Source: an uncultured Bacteroidales bacterium | GTDB taxonomy: Bacteria; Bacteroidota; Bacteroidia; Bacteroidales; UBA4417 | Direction: 5' to 3' | Length of the DNA stretch: 64,000 nt | Assembly (NCBI GenBank): GCA_903879715.1 | Contig: CAIRMR010000040.1 | Location: 7,119-71,118, forward strand | Shown here: piece by piece, positions 38,695-49,800 of the stretch | How the letters are laid out: the number at the start of each line of letters is the position of its first letter | How positions within the stretch are numbered: position 1 is the stretch's first letter | The notes under the pieces: model-generated | What the model was told of the DNA's origin: nothing | The model's database searches: none | Seen by the model: only the letters and a program-made list of their open reading frames with translations | Made by a program: the position numbers and the translations under genes

Positions 38695-39037
38695 TAAATA
38701 AGAATTAATTTGTATGGATAAATTTATCAGGAGAATAATCAAATTTCGCGCTTATCAGAAATTAAACAAAATATTCCCCAAAAGAGTTTTACATGAGGCA
38801 AAAGTAACAAATTGGAATCATTCAGAACCAAATTGATGCAATAAGTATGAGAAATATATGAACTTTATTTTCCCTCCGAAATACTAAAAAAAAAGCTAAA
38901 ATCTGACTTAAAATTGCACGAAATAGCCATTTCGTAAAACGTATTTTCAATAATTTTTCATTTTTTTTTGATACGGTTAAGATTTACTATTATTTCCGGG
39001 TGGCTTTTCTCTACTTTTGCACAAAACTTATGTAATT

Positions 39038-40039
39038 ATGCTTAAAATCGGAGTTATTGGCGCTGGCCACCTGGGTAAAATACACATTAAATGCATTAAC
39101 GAAATTCCTGAATATGAACTTGTTGGGTTCTTTGATAATGATGAGTCAAATGCCAAGGCAGTGTCAAAGGAATTCGGAATCAGAAATTTTGATTCCATCG
39201 ACGCCTTGATAAAAGAAGTTGATGTAATAGATATTGTAACTCCTACTATTGCACATTTTGAACATGCGGCTCATGCGTTAAAACAATTCAGGCATGTATT
39301 TATTGAAAAACCGATTGTAGCGTCACCCGAAGAAGCTTTAAAACTAATCGAAATAGCCAAAGAGGCAAATGTTAAAGTTCAGGTTGGCCATGTTGAACGA
39401 TATAATCCGGCATTTATAGCTGCCGCGCCGTTTATCGATAACCCGATGTTTATTGAAGTGCACAGGCTGGCAAATTTCAATCCACGTGGAACCGATGTGC
39501 CGGTTATCCTGGATCTGATGATTCACGATATCGACATTGTTTTGCATACTGTACATGCCAACCTGAAAAAAATAAGTGCCAGCGGTGTTGCAGTTATGAC
39601 GGATACCCCTGATATTGTTAATGCCCGGCTTGAATTTGATAATGGATGCGTTGCCAATCTTACTGCCAGCCGCATATCATTAAGCCCAATGCGAAAAGCG
39701 CGGTTTTTTAAGCGTGATGCCTATATATCAGTTGATTTTCTGAATAAAAAAGCTGAAGTCGCATTTTTAAAAAGTATTGATGCCGGAAACACCAATCCTT
39801 TTGTGCCTATCTGGGACCCGGGCAATGGGAAAGAAGCCAAACAGATCCATTTTGAAAGGCCAGAAATAAATCACACCAATGCCATTCAATCCGAGTTATC
39901 AAGCTTTGCGCACGCGATCATTGGAAATACAACCCCTGACGTTACCATTAACGATGGTTACCTGGCATTGAAAGTAGCTCACCAGATACTCGAAAAGGTA
40001 GAATACGGGTTAGATAAATTCAATCCGGAGCCGGATTGA
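39038..40039 (+). CDS. Gfo/Idh/MocA family oxidoreductase
   Basis: The ORF track starts at TTG 39017. ATG 39038 gives MLKIGVIGAGHLGKIH (Rossmann GxGxxG). EKP motif: FIEKPI. Confidence 0.85.
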   Translation: MLKIGVIGAGHLGKIHIKCINEIPEYELVGFFDNDESNAKAVSKEFGIRNFDSIDALIKEVDVIDIVTPTIAHFEHAAHALKQFRHVFIEKPIVASPEEALKLIEIAKEANVKVQVGHVERYNPAFIAAAPFIDNPMFIEVHRLANFNPRGTDVPVILDLMIHDIDIVLHTVHANLKKISASGVAVMTDTPDIVNARLEFDNGCVANLTASRISLSPMRKARFFKRDAYISVDFLNKKAEVAFLKSIDAGNTNPFVPIWDPGNGKEAKQIHFERPEINHTNAIQSELSSFAHAIIGNTTPDVTINDGYLALKVAHQILEKVEYGLDKFNPEPD

Positions 40040-40240
40040 AATTGAAAGTGAAATTAATTTGGAAAACTATTCACCTCACTATATGCCTGTGACTGAAATC
40101 TATTCCTTACAACTTTTTACACTTCGAACAACTACTATTTAGGTTCTCAGTGAAACATTGAAATTCCACGAAACGCCATACTAAATCCGCTTCACTTTCA
40201 ATTTGAAGAACATTGATATCCGACAGTTAACTAATTCGCA

Positions 40241-41656
40241 ATGAACAAAAAAGTACAAACTGCCAAATTTGTGATTGCCGATCTGTTTTCAGCTTGTTTA
40301 GCGTGGAGTATTTTTTTCTTCCTGCGCAAATCAGCTGAATTGCAGGATATAAACGATACGCTACAGTTTGTACTCATTGACAGGAAATTTTATATCGGAA
40401 TAATTGCAATACCGGTTTTTTGGCTTTTTTTATATTCGTTATCCGGTGCTTATCATAAAGTGTATCGTAAAGCGCGTATGCGCGAATTAGGACAAACCCT
40501 GCTTATTTCAATTATTGGAGTTATCATCATTTTTTTCGCGCTCATCCTTGACGATGTTATACAAAGCTATAAAAGCTATTATAATTTGTTTATAACCTTG
40601 TTTCTGTTGCATTTCCTGTTAACAGTGACTTTCAGACTCATACTCACTTCACGAAACCTTTATAAACTTCAAAACCGTTCCATCGGGTTTAACACTATTA
40701 TTGTAGGAAGTAACGGCAATGCTGTTTCCATATTTAACGAAATTGAAAGCCAGCCTAAAGCTGCTTTCAACAGGTTCGTAGGATTTGTTCATGCTGCCCA
40801 ATATCCCAGTTATAAACTGGAAAAGTTCATTCCAAACCTCGGACATTTCTCCAACCTTCGGCATCTCATCCGTGAGATGGATATTGAAGAGGTGATAATT
40901 GCAACTGAACGATCGGAACATAATACCATCGAACAGATAATTTCCGCGATTGAAGATTCTGACGTACTGATAAAAGTGATTCCTGATATGCAGGATTTTG
41001 TGCTGGGTACTGTGAAAACCACTTCGCTTTTTCAGACACCGCTCATCCAGGTATCATTCGCCTTTATGCCTCCCTGGCAGTTCAACCTGAAAAGATTCCT
41101 TGACATAGTGCTGTCAGCCATTGCAATAATCATATTATCACCAGTTTACCTGGCTTGTATAATTGGGATTAAAATGTCATCGAAAGGTCCGGCATTTTAC
41201 TCACAGGAACGCATTGGCATTAATGGCAAAGCTTTTATGATCCCCAAATTCCGCTCTATGGAAGTTGGCGCTGAAGATGGCACACCTGTTCTGTCCTCAA
41301 AAGATGATCCCAGGGTGACTTCTTTCGGTAAATTTATGCGCCGGACACGGCTCGATGAGATACCGCAGTTTTTCTCGGTTCTGAAAGGCGATATGTCCTT
41401 GGTTGGCCCAAGACCCGAAAGACAATATTTTATTGATCAGATTGCACAACGTGCTCCTCACTATCGCTTATTATTGAAAGTAAAGCCTGGAATCACTTCC
41501 TGGGGACAGGTAAAATATGGGTATGCCGAAAATGTGGATCAAATGATCGAGCGCCTGAAATATGATATTCTTTACATCGAAAATATGTCAATTGCCATGG
41601 ATATCAAAATTATGGCTTACACATTGTTAACCGTGATCAAGGGAAGCGGACAGTAG
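40241..41656 (+). CDS. Polyprenyl-phosphate sugar phosphotransferase (WbaP/EpsB-like initiating transferase)
   Basis: 471 aa with N-terminal TM segments. C-terminal bacterial sugar transferase domain: DEIPQFFSVLKGDMSLVGPRPE, KPGITSWGQV. Confidence 0.88.
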   Translation: MNKKVQTAKFVIADLFSACLAWSIFFFLRKSAELQDINDTLQFVLIDRKFYIGIIAIPVFWLFLYSLSGAYHKVYRKARMRELGQTLLISIIGVIIIFFALILDDVIQSYKSYYNLFITLFLLHFLLTVTFRLILTSRNLYKLQNRSIGFNTIIVGSNGNAVSIFNEIESQPKAAFNRFVGFVHAAQYPSYKLEKFIPNLGHFSNLRHLIREMDIEEVIIATERSEHNTIEQIISAIEDSDVLIKVIPDMQDFVLGTVKTTSLFQTPLIQVSFAFMPPWQFNLKRFLDIVLSAIAIIILSPVYLACIIGIKMSSKGPAFYSQERIGINGKAFMIPKFRSMEVGAEDGTPVLSSKDDPRVTSFGKFMRRTRLDEIPQFFSVLKGDMSLVGPRPERQYFIDQIAQRAPHYRLLLKVKPGITSWGQVKYGYAENVDQMIERLKYDILYIENMSIAMDIKIMAYTLLTVIKGSGQ

Positions 41657-41797
41657 GCTTGGGAGTTGTGAGCGGGGAAATAAGTATTGGGAAGAAAAGG
41701 CGAGAGGCGACAGGGCGAGAGGCGAATCTCAAAGAAAGAGTAATCTCTGCCGTTTAAGTTTCATCATTCAATTAAATCTTTAAAAATTGATATCCCC

Positions 41798-42328
41798 ATG
41801 GATCAGTTTAAGATTCATCAGATAAAAAATCCGGAAGATCCGTATTATGCTGAATTCTGGCGAACATATACTGAAAGTTTCCCGCTTAATGAAAGAAGGA
41901 TCAGCGGACAGCAATTCAATATTTTTAATAAATCAGACTACGTTCTCAATACGTATATTTCAGATCATCAGTTTGTTGGTTTTATTTCCTATTGGACGGC
42001 CAAGCAATTTATTTTTATAGAACACCTGGCTATTGCTCCTGAATTCAGAAATCAGGGGCTTGGAAGTATTATATTAAAGAATTTTATTGAAAGTAACCCA
42101 ATTCTAATCATTCTGGAGATTGAAACACCGTTTGACGATATCTCGAGTAGCCGCTTACGTTTTTACGAATCACTGAACTTTAAGTTGAATGATCATAATC
42201 ATCATCAGCCTGTATATCATCAAGGGAATGAACTGGTTGCAATGAAAATACTTTCATATCCGGATGAGATAAGTGACTTAAACTACCATCAATTTGCCAG
42301 GTTCCAAAGAGAAATTGTAATGGGTTAG
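41798..42328 (+). CDS. GNAT family N-acetyltransferase
   Basis: 176 aa. Motif A: LAIAPEFRNQGLGSIIL. Confidence 0.75.
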   Translation: MDQFKIHQIKNPEDPYYAEFWRTYTESFPLNERRISGQQFNIFNKSDYVLNTYISDHQFVGFISYWTAKQFIFIEHLAIAPEFRNQGLGSIILKNFIESNPILIILEIETPFDDISSSRLRFYESLNFKLNDHNHHQPVYHQGNELVAMKILSYPDEISDLNYHQFARFQREIVMG

Positions 42329-42401
42329 TTCAGAAAATTTCAAGTCTGAAATACCTGATCATCGATTTTTTAGCTGTTAAATAAAAGATACTACGGATTT
42401 C

Positions 42402-42998
42402 TTAAATACTACCGTTCTCAATCATAAGAACGATACGCTCAATATCGGCATCAGTGCCAAGAGGATCGTATTTCACCTTCAGGTTGTACCCAAACAGTCG
42501 GGCGAATGATTGGTAGAAGAATGCCCTGAAACGTCCCCTGAAATCTTTTACTATATCATACGAGCAGTTATTTGTCTGCCTGTCAATCAGTTTCAATAAA
42601 ATTTTACCTTGTGTAATGGTTAAATCCTTTAATTCATTACCAAACTGAGCTTCAATTTCATCTTCAGCCTGCTTCATCATGGCCTTTTGAACCTTTTCGT
42701 TTTTAACGCTTGCTATTTTCTGGTTATACTCATTAAATTTGATACCAGCCAGTTTGGCATAAGGATATGCTTTTTTAACATTCCGTACCAGGCGTTCCCA
42801 CTGCCGTGCTTCGGCAGGATTACGCATTGCTTTATTCCCCCAGATATTAATTTCGTCCAGGTTCATAATAGCCATAGTATCACCCTTAACAACAACTCCG
42901 GCAACGTGATATCCTTCGGCATCATGCGGATCAAGAATGCTTTGAGCAGAAATAAGGAATGGTACCAATGCCAGTAAACCAAGCAAAACGAACTTCAT
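42402..42998 (-). CDS. Secreted hypothetical protein (DUF4294-like)
   Basis: The ORF track starts at 43025. ATG 42998 gives the signal peptide MKFVLLGLLALVPFLISAQ. The family assignment is from memory of Bacteroidota proteins of about 200 aa and is not verified. Confidence 0.5.
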   Translation of the reverse strand: MKFVLLGLLALVPFLISAQSILDPHDAEGYHVAGVVVKGDTMAIMNLDEINIWGNKAMRNPAEARQWERLVRNVKKAYPYAKLAGIKFNEYNQKIASVKNEKVQKAMMKQAEDEIEAQFGNELKDLTITQGKILLKLIDRQTNNCSYDIVKDFRGRFRAFFYQSFARLFGYNLKVKYDPLGTDADIERIVLMIENGSI

Positions 42999-43113
42999 GG
43001 TACAGTTTTTTTTGAAATGATTCAATAATTATGCCATTGTATTAGCAACTGAAAAGGCATTTTTATTGGATAACAAAAAAAGAAAATTTGATTCAACGAG
43101 TAAGGAAGAGCAG

Positions 43114-44349
43114 TTAAGCTACTTTGAGTCTTGCAATATTGGTTTTCCCAAGCTTTTCAGCTGCGTATGCGCGATCGATAACCAGGTCGGAATGTTTCGG
43201 CTGCGAAGGGATATCGAACATGGCATCAGTAAGTATCGCTTCCAATATGGAACGTAAGCCTCGCGCGCCTGTACGGAACTCAATGGCTTTATCAACAATG
43301 TACTCATACACATCATCAGTGAAAGTCAAGGTCACATTATCCATTTCGAACAAACGAACAAACTGTTTTATAAGTGCATTCTGCGGTTCAGTAAGTATAC
43401 GGATAAGAACTTCGCGACTTAGCGGGTTGAGATAAGTTACAACCGGGAAACGACCAACAAGTTCCGGTATTAATCCAAAACTCTTCAAATCCTGGGGAGC
43501 TACATATTGCAGCAGGTTGTGCCGGTCAATAACATCTTTCTCGCGGTCATTGGTATACCCGATTATATTAGTCTGCATGCGGGCAGCGATTTTTTTGTCA
43601 ATGCCATCGAATGCGCCACCGGAAATAAACAAAATATTCCGGGTGTTAACCAAAATCATTTTCTGTTCAGGATGTTTACGACCACCCTGTGGCGGAACAT
43701 TTACATCTGCACCTTCGAGCAATTTCAGTAAAGCTTGCTGAACACCTTCGCCCGATACATCACGGGTAATGGAAGGATTATCGCTTTTGCGAGAAATTTT
43801 ATCTATTTCATCTATAAAAACTATTCCTTTTTCGGCAGCTGCAACATTATAATCAGCGGCCTGGAGCAAGCGGCTCAATATGCTTTCAACGTCTTCACCT
43901 ACATAACCGGCTTCTGTTAAAACAGTAGCATCAGCAATACAGAAAGGAACCTGCAGCAAGCGGGCAATTGTCCGGGCAAGCAAGGTTTTTCCTGTACCAG
44001 TTTCACCGACAAGAATAATATTCGATTTATCAATTTCAACTTCATCCTTACTTTTCGAAGCAGGCTGGTTAATACGTTTGAAATGATTATAAACTGCCAC
44101 GGCCAACACACGTTTCGAATCATCCTGGCCAATAACATACTTATCAAGGTAAGCTTTGATTTCCTGAGGCTTAGGAGTATCAAGCAACTTGGCGTCACTC
44201 GTTTTAGTGTGTTTTACCTCTTCACGCATTATATCCTTAGCCTGGTCAATACAGTAATCACAGATATGTGCTTCGAGGCCGGCTATGAGTATATTTGTTT
44301 CGCGCTTAGGCCTACCGCAAAAGGAGCAACGTTCTTCTTTTTTTGTCAT
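43114..44349 (-). CDS. clpX: ATP-dependent Clp protease ATP-binding subunit ClpX
   Basis: The ORF track starts at 44388. ATG 44349 gives [15 protein letters not shown]...CDYC (zinc finger). Walker [12 protein letters not shown], Walker B VFIDEIDK. Confidence 0.95.
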   Translation of the reverse strand: MTKKEERCSFCGRPKRETNILIAGLEAHICDYCIDQAKDIMREEVKHTKTSDAKLLDTPKPQEIKAYLDKYVIGQDDSKRVLAVAVYNHFKRINQPASKSKDEVEIDKSNIILVGETGTGKTLLARTIARLLQVPFCIADATVLTEAGYVGEDVESILSRLLQAADYNVAAAEKGIVFIDEIDKISRKSDNPSITRDVSGEGVQQALLKLLEGADVNVPPQGGRKHPEQKMILVNTRNILFISGGAFDGIDKKIAARMQTNIIGYTNDREKDVIDRHNLLQYVAPQDLKSFGLIPELVGRFPVVTYLNPLSREVLIRILTEPQNALIKQFVRLFEMDNVTLTFTDDVYEYIVDKAIEFRTGARGLRSILEAILTDAMFDIPSQPKHSDLVIDRAYAAEKLGKTNIARLKVA

Positions 44350-44453
44350 TTTCTTCAATGAATTATTAAGTCCCTGGAAATGTATCAATTAGACACTGCC
44401 AGATATAACTATAAGACCAAGTATTTATTAATAGCCATTCAGGTGTAAAGTTA

Positions 44454-44500
44454 CAAAAACTTCCGGCAAAAGTGGAAATTTCTTCTACTCTTGCCGGAAG
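44454..44500 (-). terminator. Hairpin plus T-run between clpP and clpX (attenuator or terminator)
   Basis: Minus strand reads CTTCCGGCAA (21-nt loop) TTGCCGGAAG TTTTTG. Confidence 0.55.
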
Positions 44501-44518
44501 TAAACTGTTATTCTATGT

Positions 44519-45205
44519 CTATTTTATTTCTTTTACTTCTCTTACCAGCAACTCATCAATCATACCGTAAGCTTTTGCCTCTTCGGCTGTCATCCAGTAA
44601 TCACGGTCTGAATCCTTTTCAATTTTCTTGAAAGTCTGCCCGCTGTGGGAAGCAATAATATCGTACAATTCCTTTTTCAATTTCAGGATTTCACGTGTAG
44701 TGATTTCGATATCAGATGCTTGTCCTTCGGCACCGCCCATAGGTTGGTGTATAAGAATACGCGAATGCCTGAGAGCTGTGCGTTTTCCTTTTTCACCGGC
44801 ACAAAGTAAAACAGCTCCCATCGAAGCAGCCATACCGGTACAGATAGTGGCGACATCTGGTGCAATATACTGCATGGTGTCATAAATACCCAAACCGGCA
44901 TACACCGATCCCCCGGGAGTATTCAGGTAAATCTGGATATCACGCTTTGAATCAACTGATTCGAGAAATAGCAGTTGTGCCTGGATAATATTGGCAACAT
45001 AATCATCGATTGGAACACCCAGGAATATGATACGGTCCATCATCAAACGGGAGAAAACATCCATGGTAGCGATGTTCAGCTGGCGTTCCTCGATAATGGT
45101 TGGTGAAATGTAGCCTTGCGAAACTGATGCGTACCTGTTAAGTGAGGTACTGCTGATACCGCGGTGATGAACGGCATATTTGCGAAACTCGTTGTGCATG
45201 TTCAT
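44519..45205 (-). CDS. clpP: ATP-dependent Clp protease proteolytic subunit ClpP
   Basis: 228 aa. Catalytic Ser in TGMAASMGAVLL, His in IHQPMGG. Confidence 0.95.
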   Translation of the reverse strand: MNMHNEFRKYAVHHRGISSTSLNRYASVSQGYISPTIIEERQLNIATMDVFSRLMMDRIIFLGVPIDDYVANIIQAQLLFLESVDSKRDIQIYLNTPGGSVYAGLGIYDTMQYIAPDVATICTGMAASMGAVLLCAGEKGKRTALRHSRILIHQPMGGAEGQASDIEITTREILKLKKELYDIIASHSGQTFKKIEKDSDRDYWMTAEEAKAYGMIDELLVREVKEIK

Positions 45206-45208
45206 ATT

Positions 45209-46570
45209 TTAATGTTTTTCGGCGTCTAATTTAATAAATTCGTCGTAACTGATTTCTTTATTAACCAGTTTAACTTTTGATTTAACATAAGAAGCAACAC
45301 GTTGTCCGTATAACGAATCAACTATGCGGCGTATTTCGTTTGGTTTATCTTTAATAAATGAATCAGCAATGGTTTCAAGTCTTTCGAGTAGATCTTCAGT
45401 TAGTTGTAAAGTACGCCAACCCTGTAGGTAGTAATCCTTTACATAGTCTTTAATTTCCTGATCCTCAACTTGTATACCGGCTTCTTTGATGATCTTGTTT
45501 TCAATCAGCTGCCATTTCATGCCTTCGGCATATTTGCTGTAATCGCGTTCAACATCTTCGGCGGTCAGTTTGCCTTCATTGCTTTCGATAAGCCAGCGTT
45601 TCATAAATTCATCTGGCAGATTTAGTGTAACCGATTCAACCAGTTTATCCTGCATATGATGTGCAAACAGATGATCGCTGTCGGCTACAAAAGCTTTCTC
45701 CGATTCATTGCGCACCTGGTTGCGGAATTCTTCTTCCGTTTTGATTTCGGCAGTCGGGAACACTTTGTCGAAGAACTCTTCGTTCATTTCGGCAGGGCTC
45801 ATGGTGCTGATTTCGTTGATGGTAAATTTGAAATCAGATTCCAAACCTTCAATTTCTTCTTTACTAATACCAAGCATTGCAGAAGCTTCAGCAGCATTGC
45901 CGGTAGCTTTCAACGGATTGAAAACAACAGCATCGCCAACTTTAGCACCTACAAGTTTTGCTTTTATTTCAGAATCAGTTATCAGGTCGATGGTAACTTT
46001 AGATGAGTGTGAAATTCCGCCTTCAAGTTCATTTCCATCAGCATCAAGCTGAACAAAATCACCTGTAACAACATCTTTTTCACCTGTAACTTCCGGATTT
46101 GTTAATGTTCCGAAACGCTGACGCATATCGTCGAGGTATTTGTCAACCATAGTATCATCAACTTTGATAACGTGGAAATCGACGGCAATATTTTCGTCAA
46201 GCACAAAATCAAACGAAGGTGTCATTCCCAGGTCGAAAAAGAATTCTATATCATCTCCTTCTTTCCAGTCGAATTCCTGGGTTAGTGATGTGTTTGGAAG
46301 AGGCTGTCCCAGGATATCGAGTTTTTCGTCCTGGATATACTGGTGTAGTTTGTCGGAAACCAGTTTATTTACCTCGTCAGCAAATACGGCACCTCCGTAA
46401 AGTTTTTTAATCATTCCGAAAGGCACATGACCCGGACGAAAACCCGGCACATTTGCTTTGCGCTGATAATCTTTTAAAATTTTAGTTACACTCTCGTTGT
46501 GGTCAGCCGGGCTGATCACCATTTTGATGGTAGCGGTTAATTCGCCGGTATTTTCCCTGGTAATTTCCAT
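45209..46570 (-). CDS. tig: Trigger factor
   Basis: 453 aa. The N-terminal ribosome-binding region contains GFRPGHVP. Sits in the tig-clpP-clpX gene order. Confidence 0.9.
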   Translation of the reverse strand: MEITRENTGELTATIKMVISPADHNESVTKILKDYQRKANVPGFRPGHVPFGMIKKLYGGAVFADEVNKLVSDKLHQYIQDEKLDILGQPLPNTSLTQEFDWKEGDDIEFFFDLGMTPSFDFVLDENIAVDFHVIKVDDTMVDKYLDDMRQRFGTLTNPEVTGEKDVVTGDFVQLDADGNELEGGISHSSKVTIDLITDSEIKAKLVGAKVGDAVVFNPLKATGNAAEASAMLGISKEEIEGLESDFKFTINEISTMSPAEMNEEFFDKVFPTAEIKTEEEFRNQVRNESEKAFVADSDHLFAHHMQDKLVESVTLNLPDEFMKRWLIESNEGKLTAEDVERDYSKYAEGMKWQLIENKIIKEAGIQVEDQEIKDYVKDYYLQGWRTLQLTEDLLERLETIADSFIKDKPNEIRRIVDSLYGQRVASYVKSKVKLVNKEISYDEFIKLDAEKH

Positions 46571-46832
46571 TGTACTAAAAAAGATGAGTTTGAATATTCT
46601 GTATTAAATTGATTATCTGACACTTATTATCAATGCTAAGACGTGACAAATAAGTGGGCAAAGGTAGTATTTTTAATGATTTATACTATGTAATTGGAGA
46701 AATAAAGGAGAAAATAAGCTAATTAATATTTTGATGCTCTAAAAAAAGAACTCAATTCAATATAATTCTCACTTAATCCTCCATAAAAAAAAGAAAAACA
46801 CATTACAAGAATTGTCTTTGGTAATCGGTGGT

Positions 46833-49800
46833 TTAATAAATTGATATTTTGCGTGCAACAATTATATTACCTGTTCTGATTTTCAATACAAAAATTCCCC
46901 GTTTCAATCCCACTGTAAGAATTACTAGTTTATTCCCATCAGCATAATAACTATAAACTTCCTGTCCTAGTTGATTTAGAATACTGACATGACTGAAATT
47001 AACCGGAGTTTCAATAGTGATCTGATAAGAGGCTGGATTTGGATAAATTTTTACTGATGCTTCATTTTCGGGAATCTCAGTTATGATCCATGCATCAGTA
47101 CAAACGAGTTCTGAAAATCCGGTGGTAAAAATAGCAAGTACGCAGTAGGTTTGCTTGCCATCTGGAACCTGATTGTCACTGTAGGATGAACTCTGAAGAG
47201 GGAATTCATTCAATTTAGTATCGTTTCGAAAAACATTAAAACCTAAAAAATTTTCCGGTGCGGGTGCACTCCATTCCAGGATTACATTTCTGCCAGCTAC
47301 ACTGGCAGTGAGGTTAGTAACCGGGCCTGGCATAAATACATCAGTGCACTCGGGTTCAGAATTTCCTGACGGATAAACAGCAACTAAACAGTAGGTTTGC
47401 TTGCCTGTTAAAGGAGAATTATAGGGTGGTTCATCAAGGTAATACGTTCTGTTAAGTGGATTTGAATTTAACAGGATGCTGTTACGGAAAACATTATAGC
47501 TTATTTCAACTCCGGTTACAGGAGTGTTCCATTCCAGTTTTACATCCCTGTAATCGATAACGGTAGCTACCAGGTTGTTTACAGGGCCTAAAACCGATGC
47601 ATCAATACACGCAGCTTCCGATTTCCCGTCAGTGTAGACAGCAACAACACAATAGGTATGCTTGCCGTAGGAAACGTTTATATCATTGTAATCAAGGCTA
47701 CTAACAGGATTTACTGTTAAAATCGTATCGTTGCGGTATACATTATATCCTGAAACAGTTTCCGAAGCCGGGGCATTCCATTCCAGGCGGATACTTTTGC
47801 CGGTAACAACTGCATGTAAGCTACTCACCGGGGCCAGGAACTTTTTACTCTGAATAAGGCCGACAAATTTAAACATACCTCCGGCAGTAGCACTGGCATT
47901 GAAACCACCAGCCCACCCGGTCCGGGGACTGACAAAGTCAACTTTATTCATCTGATCGATTTCATTGCCAACAAAAGGAACCCATGAATGACCGCCATCA
48001 GTGCTGTAGAAAACACCATAACGCGCGCTAAATCCCTTTACTAATTCAGTTCCTGTGCTCACCCAGGTATTTTCAGTTCCCGGAACAAAGCAGAAATCGT
48101 TTGTGCCAATAGCACCACTGATGCTAACAGGAGTCCAGGTAACGCCCCCATCGAAAGTTTCGGAAAGAGCACCTGTTGAATTCGTGCTTTTATCCTGTGC
48201 CAGTCCATGAAATTGATCGGCAAACTCAACATCTATATATTTTCCCGAAAGCGTTGTAGTGTTTACATCCCAGTGGCGTCCTCTGTCGCTTGTCCAGTAA
48301 ACACGGCCTTTTGAAGTGCCGAACCAGGCCTTATTTCCTTTGGCAGAGTAATAGTCAGTAACTCCGATTTCATCTGCAACAGGATCCGGAATGTTTTCAG
48401 CAGCTACCCGGGTCCAGGTAGTTCCGCCATTATCAGTTGTATATATCTCAAAATCACCACCTGTTGGATCGCCCATACAGAAGCCATTGCGTTTGTCGAA
48501 GAAATGAACCACGTTGGGAAATGAAGCAGCATCACTAAAGGTTGCTGTTGACTGCCTGGACCAATTGATGCCACCATCTTTTGTAACATAAATACCTTGT
48601 GGATTAGTGCCTGACTGCCGGAACATTGGGCAATAAGCCGTATCGGCATTCAGCGCAAAAATCATCGAAGGTGTAAGTCCGCTGCAATTGGGAATAATAC
48701 CTGGTGTCCACGTTTCACCTCCGTTAATTGTTCGTGTAAATACCTGAAGGGGACCGTTTGCGTCAAGTCCGTCATAGGCAGTTGCCCAGGCAACCAGGGA
48801 GTCAACAGCTTTTATGTGGCTTAAGCCATGCATAGGTTTTATTAATGCCGATGCCTGGGATATCCATTCGCTGTTCCTTATATTAACTTTATAATAAGAT
48901 GTATCTGTTAAATTAATAGCTTCTACTTTTATTATATGATTACCGATGGCGTATCCGGCAGTACTCAGATTGTAAGTAAAATTGGATTGGGAGGTGCTAT
49001 GAATCAAAGCATTATCAAAATAGATGTTTACTTTAGCTGCAGTACCTTTAAGAACCGAGCAGTCGATTGAAGTAGTTGATTTACAGGCTATTAATTGATT
49101 GTGAATTAAATTAGTAATCCGTACAACCAGGTTTGGATGGCCGGGTTTGATCCCCGTTACAATTGCATTTGTATTATTGTATCTGCCCTGCGAAGTATTA
49201 AGTTGTCCGATGCGAAACCAGCCATTTAAAGAGCCTGACCATCCCCAATTCATATGGAACATATCATCGCTCCAACGCCATCCGTCGCAAACCCAGGCAT
49301 GACCACCCAGCGTGGCGTCAAATCCTGCATAGTATACCGGTTGTAAAGCATGTATATCAGTTTTAAGAAGCTCTTTCCATTCATTGTCGGTATAGTCTTC
49401 TTTTTTGGAAATGCTTATTGTCGACGCGTCGTAATTAAAATAGGCAGGCAAAGCCCAGAGAACAGACTCCTGAGATGCACCTGAACCACTAATATTATAA
49501 TTCATATCTACCGATATCCCAACCTGGTAAAGCAATGAAGCAATATCATGAAAGTTTGACCCATTGGCTGAACTCCCCATTTTTTGCCATTGGTAAGTCG
49601 AGTCCCCGAAATTAGCTTTCTGAATACCGTAAGCCCGATGCTCATAAGAATGTGATTGAAAACCTTGCTTTGGAAAATTGTAATACTTCATGATCTGCGC
49701 CATTGCAGTGGCAACACAACCTGCTGGTACATGTCCGCCGGGCCCACCGGCATCAACAGGACAATAATAATTATACCATTCCGCCTGGTCCCAGGTGGTT

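Noticed and set aside
38695-39016. Glycine riboswitch upstream of gcvT
   Set aside because: I read the minus-strand leader and found none of the conserved GGAGAG...CACCGAAGGGGCAA-type cores. An Infernal scan would be needed for certainty.
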